The position numbers were made by a program, and so were the translations under genes. Positions 26,638 to 32,000 of a stretch of 32,000 nucleotides of DNA are shown one piece after another; the first letter of the stretch is position 1, and each line of letters opens with the position of its first letter. The stretch is from Opitutales bacterium (GTDB taxonomy: Bacteria > Verrucomicrobiota > Verrucomicrobiia > Opitutales > Coraliomargaritaceae). The DNA lies in contig JBMYVL010000007.1 in assembly GCA_049606355.1 (NCBI GenBank), forward strand, positions 25,406-57,405, given 5' to 3'. The notes under the pieces are model-generated. The model was given only the letters and a program-made list of their open reading frames with translations, did not search any database and had not been told where the DNA came from.

Positions 26638-27150
26638 ATGTCCGAACACCCTGATGTGAATTTCGAAGCCATTGTGAGCGCCTACTATCAACCGCTGTAT
26701 CGTTTCGGCTATAGTTTAGCCAAAAACGAGCCTGAAGCGAGTGACCTGACGCAGCAGACCTTTTGTATCTATGCAGAGAAAGGTGATTCGATTCGCGAGG
26801 CGTCAAAAGTTAAATCCTGGCTCTTTACCACACTGTACCGTGAGTTTCTCCGCCGTCGGCGTAAGGACCGTCGAATCGACTCCTATGAACCGGAAATGCT
26901 GGCAGCGGCCAGCGGCAGTGAGGCACCGCAAGTCTACCGCAGCATGGATGGTAACCTTGCCCTGGAAGCTCTGGATGCAGTCGATGCAGTCTACCGAGAA
27001 CCGCTGATTTTATTTTACCTGAAGGACCTTAGCTACAAACAGATCGCCGAGGTACTGGACGTGCCAATTGGTACGATCATGTCGCGCCTCTCACGCGGGA
27101 AGGCTCAACTGCGCGCCGTCTTTAAGCAAAAAACCAAACGCACGACTTAG
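26638..27150 (+). CDS. ECF-type (group 4) sigma-70 family RNA polymerase sigma factor
   Basis: 170 aa. Region 2 (YYQPLYRFGYSLAKNEPEASDLTQQTF; WLFTTLYREFLRRRR) and region 4 HTH (LSYKQIAEVLDVPIGTIMSRLSRGKAQLR). Confidence 0.9.
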   Translation: MSEHPDVNFEAIVSAYYQPLYRFGYSLAKNEPEASDLTQQTFCIYAEKGDSIREASKVKSWLFTTLYREFLRRRRKDRRIDSYEPEMLAAASGSEAPQVYRSMDGNLALEALDAVDAVYREPLILFYLKDLSYKQIAEVLDVPIGTIMSRLSRGKAQLRAVFKQKTKRTT

Positions 27151-27151
27151 G

Positions 27152-27988
27152 ATGCAGCACGACGAAGCCAAATCTATCCTCAGCCTATGCCGTCCGGAGC
27201 ACCCGGATGATCGTGCCGATCCATTGATTGCCACAGCCTTGGAACAACTGGCGCAGGATGCCGAGCTACGCGCGTGGTTTGAAGCCGAGCAAATTGCCGA
27301 CGCCGCGATAGCCGAGGAGCTCGGAACGATCGAGGTACCGGCGGATCTTAAGCCCAGACTGTTGGCTGCCGCTCGTGCGCAGCGAGCGAATACCGCGCCA
27401 GAACAAGTCCTTGTCTTTCAAGAAGCATCTGCCGCTCAGTCGCCGCCACGCACCGCGCGGCTTCGTTGGGCAGGCATCGCAGCTATGGTCGCACTACTCT
27501 TCGGCCTGACCATTGTCCTACAGCGTAATGCTCGGCAGGCAGCACCGCTTACCCAAGCCGAGCCTGCGACCGCTGTCGCAGCGGTGGCTCCGGATCTGAT
27601 TCATTTTCTTGCCGGCCAAATTGAAGGCCTGATGCGCGGCGAACGTCAGCTCGATCGGCACGACGATTCGATCGAACCGCTGACCGATTACCTCGCTCAA
27701 CAAAACGCACCCATACCGACCTGCCTGCCAAGCGAATGTAAGCAACTGCAGCCGATGGGCTGTATTCAGTTCGACTACAACGACTGTAAACTGAGTTTAC
27801 TGTGTTTTAAGGGCGACAAGGTCTATCACTTAATCACTGCCCGAGCCCCGCGCATGGATTGCCCAAGCACTGCGCAGCCGCAATTTTATAAAGTGGACGA
27901 ACAGACCTTCAAAATCTGGACCACGGGCGAACACCTGCTGATTCTTGCCGTACAAGGCACGCCTGAAGATCTCACTGCGATTCTTTAA
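27152..27988 (+). CDS. Putative single-pass transmembrane anti-sigma factor with a Cys-rich extracytoplasmic domain
   Basis: The track ORF (27068) overlaps the sigma gene. The ATG at 27152 lies 1 nt after the sigma stop. It has a helical N-terminal segment of about 100 aa, one TM helix (WAGIAAMVALLFGLTIVLQ) and a C-terminal domain of about 155 aa. That domain has six Cys within about 70 residues. The function is inferred from position and topology only. Confidence 0.6.
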   Translation: MQHDEAKSILSLCRPEHPDDRADPLIATALEQLAQDAELRAWFEAEQIADAAIAEELGTIEVPADLKPRLLAAARAQRANTAPEQVLVFQEASAAQSPPRTARLRWAGIAAMVALLFGLTIVLQRNARQAAPLTQAEPATAVAAVAPDLIHFLAGQIEGLMRGERQLDRHDDSIEPLTDYLAQQNAPIPTCLPSECKQLQPMGCIQFDYNDCKLSLLCFKGDKVYHLITARAPRMDCPSTAQPQFYKVDEQTFKIWTTGEHLLILAVQGTPEDLTAIL

Positions 27989-28003
27989 GGCAGCGAGCGC
28001 AGC

Positions 28004-29470
28004 TTAGACGGCCGCAGCTTTCGCCTGTTCGTAAAGCCATTTGTCCAGCTTGTTGGCGACGATCACACCGTAGTTCATCGAGCCCAGCCACCCGGACATA
28101 ATGATACCCACCGAACCGGCATGGTAGAGACCCGCGACTTGATCCGGCAAATCCATCGAGATCTTCAACCCCTCAAACTTGGTACCAAATGACGTGCCCT
28201 GCATCGACTTCGTGTAATGGTTCACCGTGCGTGGGGTCGCCGCTTCAATATGGTCGATTTTGTCGCGTACACCCGGAATAAATGTTTCCAAACTGGCGAT
28301 GCACTCCTCGCACATACGTTGCTTCTCGGCTTCATAGGCCGCATCGCTCAAATTGTTCCACTCGTCCCAACGTGCATTGAGCGATGCCACGACCGTGTAG
28401 CGGGGCTCTTTAAGATGGGGGCGCGTTTCCGGGTAATATACGGAAAACGTGTGGCTGGTGGTCTGAATAGAAGTCAATTCACCAATCGAATATTCAGGCG
28501 CTTTTGAAGTGAACACGAGATCCCCGATGTTCGGGATCGTCTCGCCCTTCTTGATCCCCATGTAGACCTGGCACGAGCTGGTGTTATTTCGTACCGCCTG
28601 CACCGCCTCGATAAACTCCGGCGTGAAGTGCGCTTCCCCGACAAGGTGCTGAATCGTATTGCGAATGTTGGCATTGGAAAGCACTGCCTTACAGCGGACG
28701 GTGCGCTCTGGGAAATGGTCACCACCGGTATTTTGACTGCGTACCCGAATGCCGGTCACCTGGCCGGCTTCAACCTCGATCCCCTCGACGAGGGCACATT
28801 TACGCACTTCGCAACCGTTGCGCTTGAGCTCCTCCACCATCTTCTTGATGAGCGTGTCAGTGCCCCCCTGAAAGGTAAACACACCCTTACTCATGAAGTT
28901 GGAGAACACGATGCCATAAGTGATCGCTGGATCATCAAGGTGAGAGCCATTGGCATACGAGATCGGCTCCATTAACAAACGATGCACATCACTCCGACCG
29001 GGGAAGAATGCTTCAAACATCTCGCCAGTCGTTTGCGTGTTATCGTCATAGAAATTCATTTGCCGCAGGTGCTCATAGAAAGCTTCCACCTTCTCACGGC
29101 TGACCTTGAAATCCTCAACCAGTATACGCGTGAAATCATCGCGGTCGAAGGTGGTCCACACATTCATTTGCGGATTGATGAAGCGTACATCCTTGAGCTG
29201 ATGAATCGAATCCGCGATCTCCTTGGTCCAGTATTTGCGACAGGATTTGACCATGCCGTAGGGAAAGCCATGCAGCGAGATGTCAAAGATGTGCCCGCCT
29301 GGGCGCTTAAACCAGGTGGCAAGGCCGCCGAATTGATAATGGTGCTCCAAGAGCAGGACCTTATGCCCGTTCTTCGCCAAATAATTTGCAGACGTCAGGC
29401 CGCCGAGGCCGGAACCCACCACCACGACGTCGTACGCATCTTCAATTCCTTCAAGCCAATCTTTTGCCAT
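28004..29470 (-). CDS. FAD-dependent oxidoreductase of the phytoene desaturase family (CrtI/CrtISO/RetSat-like)
   Basis: The track ORF starts at a TTG at 29527. The ATG at 29470 gives [49 protein letters not shown]. This is a Rossmann GxGxxG motif plus the family-typical GG motif. At about 488 aa the size fits amine-oxidase-fold desaturases and isomerases. The substrate is unknown. Confidence 0.78.
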   Translation of the reverse strand: MAKDWLEGIEDAYDVVVVGSGLGGLTSANYLAKNGHKVLLLEHHYQFGGLATWFKRPGGHIFDISLHGFPYGMVKSCRKYWTKEIADSIHQLKDVRFINPQMNVWTTFDRDDFTRILVEDFKVSREKVEAFYEHLRQMNFYDDNTQTTGEMFEAFFPGRSDVHRLLMEPISYANGSHLDDPAITYGIVFSNFMSKGVFTFQGGTDTLIKKMVEELKRNGCEVRKCALVEGIEVEAGQVTGIRVRSQNTGGDHFPERTVRCKAVLSNANIRNTIQHLVGEAHFTPEFIEAVQAVRNNTSSCQVYMGIKKGETIPNIGDLVFTSKAPEYSIGELTSIQTTSHTFSVYYPETRPHLKEPRYTVVASLNARWDEWNNLSDAAYEAEKQRMCEECIASLETFIPGVRDKIDHIEAATPRTVNHYTKSMQGTSFGTKFEGLKISMDLPDQVAGLYHAGSVGIIMSGWLGSMNYGVIVANKLDKWLYEQAKAAAV

Positions 29471-29607
29471 AATTTGTATCGATAAACAGGCAAAAGAGCT
29501 AGGAACGGGAGATTTTTCAACCTGCAAACACAGCTATTTTTCCAACGAATCCGCTTGAGCTAATGCGGAACACGACGCTGACTGCTTGTGCCACCCGTCA
29601 GAAGTGC

Positions 29608-30891
29608 ATGACCAACGAGTTTTATAATCAGTTTGATCTCGAGCGACTGCCCGAACTTCCACTCCAAGAAGACGAGTACCGCAACGCCTTTCAGATCGAG
29701 CGCGACCGAATCATCTTTTCATATCCCTTCCGTAGGTTGCAGTCGAAGACTCAGGTCTTTCAGTCCGGGGAATACGATTTCTACCGTACCCGCCTGACGC
29801 ACTCCATCGAAGTGGCTAAAATTGGCCGTTCGATCTGCGAATACCTGCGGGCCAGCTCAGCCGAGCTCAATGCGCGCTTTTACATTGATGCGGATTTGAC
29901 CGAAGCCGTCGGCCTCGCCCATGACCTCGGGCACCCACCTTTTGGGCACATCGGTGAGCGTAAACTGAACACTTTGATGGAGGCGCACGGTGGCTTTGAG
30001 GGCAATGCACAAACGCTGCGCATCCTCACTGAGCTGATCTATGAACGCCCCGGTCGTACCAAAGGCATCGCTCCGACACGCGCCTTTTTGGACGGGGTCA
30101 TGAAATATAAAGCGCTACAGAAAGAGTGGATCGCGCAGGAGGGCAGTGCTCCTCACAATCACTTCATCTACGATGCGCAGGTGATTTGGCGCGAAGCGAT
30201 TTTTGGAGGTGCCGCGACTCCGGACGAGCTTGCGACTCCTGAAGCCCTCAACCGTTTCAAAAGTATCGAGTGTCAAATTATGGACTGGGCGGATGACACG
30301 GCCTACTCGCTACATGACATTGTCGATGGCATTCACGCGCGCTACATATCGGTGGGCTCGGTCTCTGAGTGGGCGCAGGGCCAGACGCTCAACACCAGCG
30401 AAAGCGCTTTAGTGGCTACATTGTGTGAAAAGATCAAACAGGACTCTTACGAGCCGTACTTTGGCAGTCGGATCGGGCAATTCGTTCACGCCTGCAGCCT
30501 CAGCAAACGCAGTGGCTTCTTAAGTGACCGCACCAACCGCCACGCCTATGATTTAGCCATCGACCCCGAAGTGGTCGCCGAAAGTCGGCTGTATAAGCGG
30601 ATCGCACTCGACTTAATCTTTCGCTCGACTCAGCTGCAGCAAATCGAATTCAAGGGCGGCCATATCCTCGACCGTCTTTACGATGCCCTCTCGCAGCACT
30701 GCCTGGACGCCTCGGATGGACTCAACCTTCTGCCGACCGGTGTGCAGGCAGTGATGAATCAGGAAAAAAGTGAAGCGGGGCGCCTGCGACGATTGTGTGA
30801 CTACACTGCAGGCCTCACCGATGGTCAGGCGGTGCGCACGTACAAGCGGCTCTTTGATGCCGACTTTGGCTCGATCGCAGAGCTCATGTAG
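29608..30891 (+). CDS. dgt: dGTP triphosphohydrolase-like HD-domain protein
   Basis: I prefer the ATG at 29608 (MTNEFYNQ...). It has Dgt-family blocks ([24 protein letters not shown]; [18 protein letters not shown]; [13 protein letters not shown]; [17 protein letters not shown]). Confidence 0.85.
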   Translation: MTNEFYNQFDLERLPELPLQEDEYRNAFQIERDRIIFSYPFRRLQSKTQVFQSGEYDFYRTRLTHSIEVAKIGRSICEYLRASSAELNARFYIDADLTEAVGLAHDLGHPPFGHIGERKLNTLMEAHGGFEGNAQTLRILTELIYERPGRTKGIAPTRAFLDGVMKYKALQKEWIAQEGSAPHNHFIYDAQVIWREAIFGGAATPDELATPEALNRFKSIECQIMDWADDTAYSLHDIVDGIHARYISVGSVSEWAQGQTLNTSESALVATLCEKIKQDSYEPYFGSRIGQFVHACSLSKRSGFLSDRTNRHAYDLAIDPEVVAESRLYKRIALDLIFRSTQLQQIEFKGGHILDRLYDALSQHCLDASDGLNLLPTGVQAVMNQEKSEAGRLRRLCDYTAGLTDGQAVRTYKRLFDADFGSIAELM

Positions 30892-30903
30892 CGCCGCGAT
30901 CAA

Positions 30904-32000
30904 TCATCGCACCGCCTCACGGCCGAGTACGAATCGCAGGGACATCACCGCGACGTAAAGCCCCAACAGCAGCATCATTAGGGCGATACCCCCGAGCAGC
31001 GAGCCGGGCCCATACTGGAGCACCATCAAGGCCAGTGCCGCAATCGGCATACAGGCCATTAACAGCGCGGGGATTAGAGCAAAGCCGAAGCTAATCCGCC
31101 TGTCTTTGAGAAAGGCGACAAAGGTGACCAGTGCCAACGCAGCCAGTAATTGATTGGTTGAGCCAAATAGTGGCCAAATTGCTTTCCACACCGGCAACTC
31201 GCTACCATCCGGCGCCGTATAGGTGCTCAGAGCTGCCATCGCCGGCAGCGCCAAGACTAAAAAAGTACCCAGATAACGACTACCAGCGCCGCGCCAGTCA
31301 AACAGCTCCTCGAGTAAGAAGCGCGCAAGCCGCGTGCAGGTATCCAGTGACGTTAGTAAAAAGGTACTCACCGCTAAAGTCGCAAAGACCAGACCGACCT
31401 CTTGCGGGATCGACAGCGCCGCGAGGAAGACTGCGGTACCCCGCGCAAATGCGGCGACAGGCCCACCTTCGAGCCCACCACTGACTCCGATACAGGCTAA
31501 GGCAAATACGGCTAACAGTGCCTCCACTAACATCGCACCATACGCTACCTTTTTCAGGTCACGCTCGCTGCGAATTTGCTTCGAGGTCGTGCCGCTGCTG
31601 ACGATGCTGTGAAAGCCACTGCAGGCACCACACGCAACCGTAATAAAGAGAAATGGTACCAGGTAGCACCATTCTTTCGGCGCAAAGCTCGTGACCATCG
31701 GCAACTCAAAGCCACCACCGTGGACACAGATCCCCACGACGCCGAGAATCATGATGGCATACAAAAAAGTCGCACTCAGAAAATCCCGTGGTTGCATCAG
31801 AACACTTACGGGCAAAATAGCGGCGCAGTAGCAGTATAGCAGTACCGCTCCCATCCATAGATTTTTATCCAAGGATGGCGCCGGACAGGCCACACCCACA
31901 GCCAGTCCTGCATACGTGAGCACAATAAACAGCGGGATGAGTCGTTTGTACGACACCACCGAGCGCCGCGCCAGCCAACCAAACGCCAAGGCCACTACGA
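30904..32000 (-). CDS. cstA: Carbon starvation protein CstA family transporter. The N-terminal part lies beyond the right window edge.
   Basis: A polytopic membrane ORF with the CstA signature [20 protein letters not shown]. The track start at 31995 is a GTG, and the frame stays open to base 32000. At 363 aa the in-window part is shorter than full-length CstA proteins, so the gene is truncated here. Confidence 0.85.
   Translation of the reverse strand, partial: VVALAFGWLARRSVVSYKRLIPLFIVLTYAGLAVGVACPAPSLDKNLWMGAVLLYCYCAAILPVSVLMQPRDFLSATFLYAIMILGVVGICVHGGGFELPMVTSFAPKEWCYLVPFLFITVACGACSGFHSIVSSGTTSKQIRSERDLKKVAYGAMLVEALLAVFALACIGVSGGLEGGPVAAFARGTAVFLAALSIPQEVGLVFATLAVSTFLLTSLDTCTRLARFLLEELFDWRGAGSRYLGTFLVLALPAMAALSTYTAPDGSELPVWKAIWPLFGSTNQLLAALALVTFVAFLKDRRISFGFALIPALLMACMPIAALALMVLQYGPGSLLGGIALMMLLLGLYVAVMSLRFVLGREAVR

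Noticed and set aside
29608-30891. The dGTPase-like HD protein as an anti-phage dNTP-depletion defence gene.
   Set aside because: It is flanked by housekeeping genes, with no other defence genes, mobile elements or compositional shift nearby. Its motifs fit the ordinary Dgt family, so a housekeeping role is the simplest reading.

Overview
This window is a compact, mostly housekeeping chromosomal segment, about 95% coding by my coordinates, with 32 protein-coding genes and one tRNA. I saw no rRNA, CRISPR array, transposase, integrase or phage genes, and no obvious compositional island. Protein sequences and gene order faintly suggest a PVC or Verrucomicrobia-like bacterium, but that is a low-confidence guess.

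Gene content, left to right:
- **1-6305, minus strand:** a co-directional array rplY-pth-rpsF-ssb-rplI-dnaB-bamA. The bamA frame runs off the left edge, so it is missing from the supplied ORF track.
- **6485-10005:** nspC, a possible small membrane ORF, then a LysM protein, parB and an EVE-domain gene on the minus strand.
- **10126-15244:** lgt, a tandem-Usp protein, glgC, glmS and tRNA-Leu(UAA).
- **15354-20305, plus strand:** a DUF493 protein, msrA, a DAHP synthase and two paralogous Deg/HtrA-like ORFs.
- **20309-26595:** queF, chrA, ftsH, tilS and queA.
- **26638-32000:** an ECF sigma and anti-sigma pair, a CrtI/RetSat-like flavoprotein, a dGTPase-like HD protein and a truncated cstA.

About ten longest-ORF calls in the track are extended upstream of the likely start. 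I trimmed them to internal ATGs that I checked in the sequence.

I do not see a clear-cut novel system such as a defence island, a biosynthetic cluster or a mobile element. The best candidate is the overlapping pair at 17422-20305. It encodes an intact exported S1C serine protease and a full-length paralogue whose catalytic His and Asp are replaced and whose GNSGGP box is lost. Other observations are lower interest:
- parB sits behind a secreted LysM protein rather than parA.
- The rpsF operon lacks rpsR.
- MsrA may be exported.
- The anti-sigma factor has a Cys-rich outer domain.
- Several convergent genes abut or overlap with no room for a terminator.

All functional calls come from motif recognition by eye and were not checked against any database.
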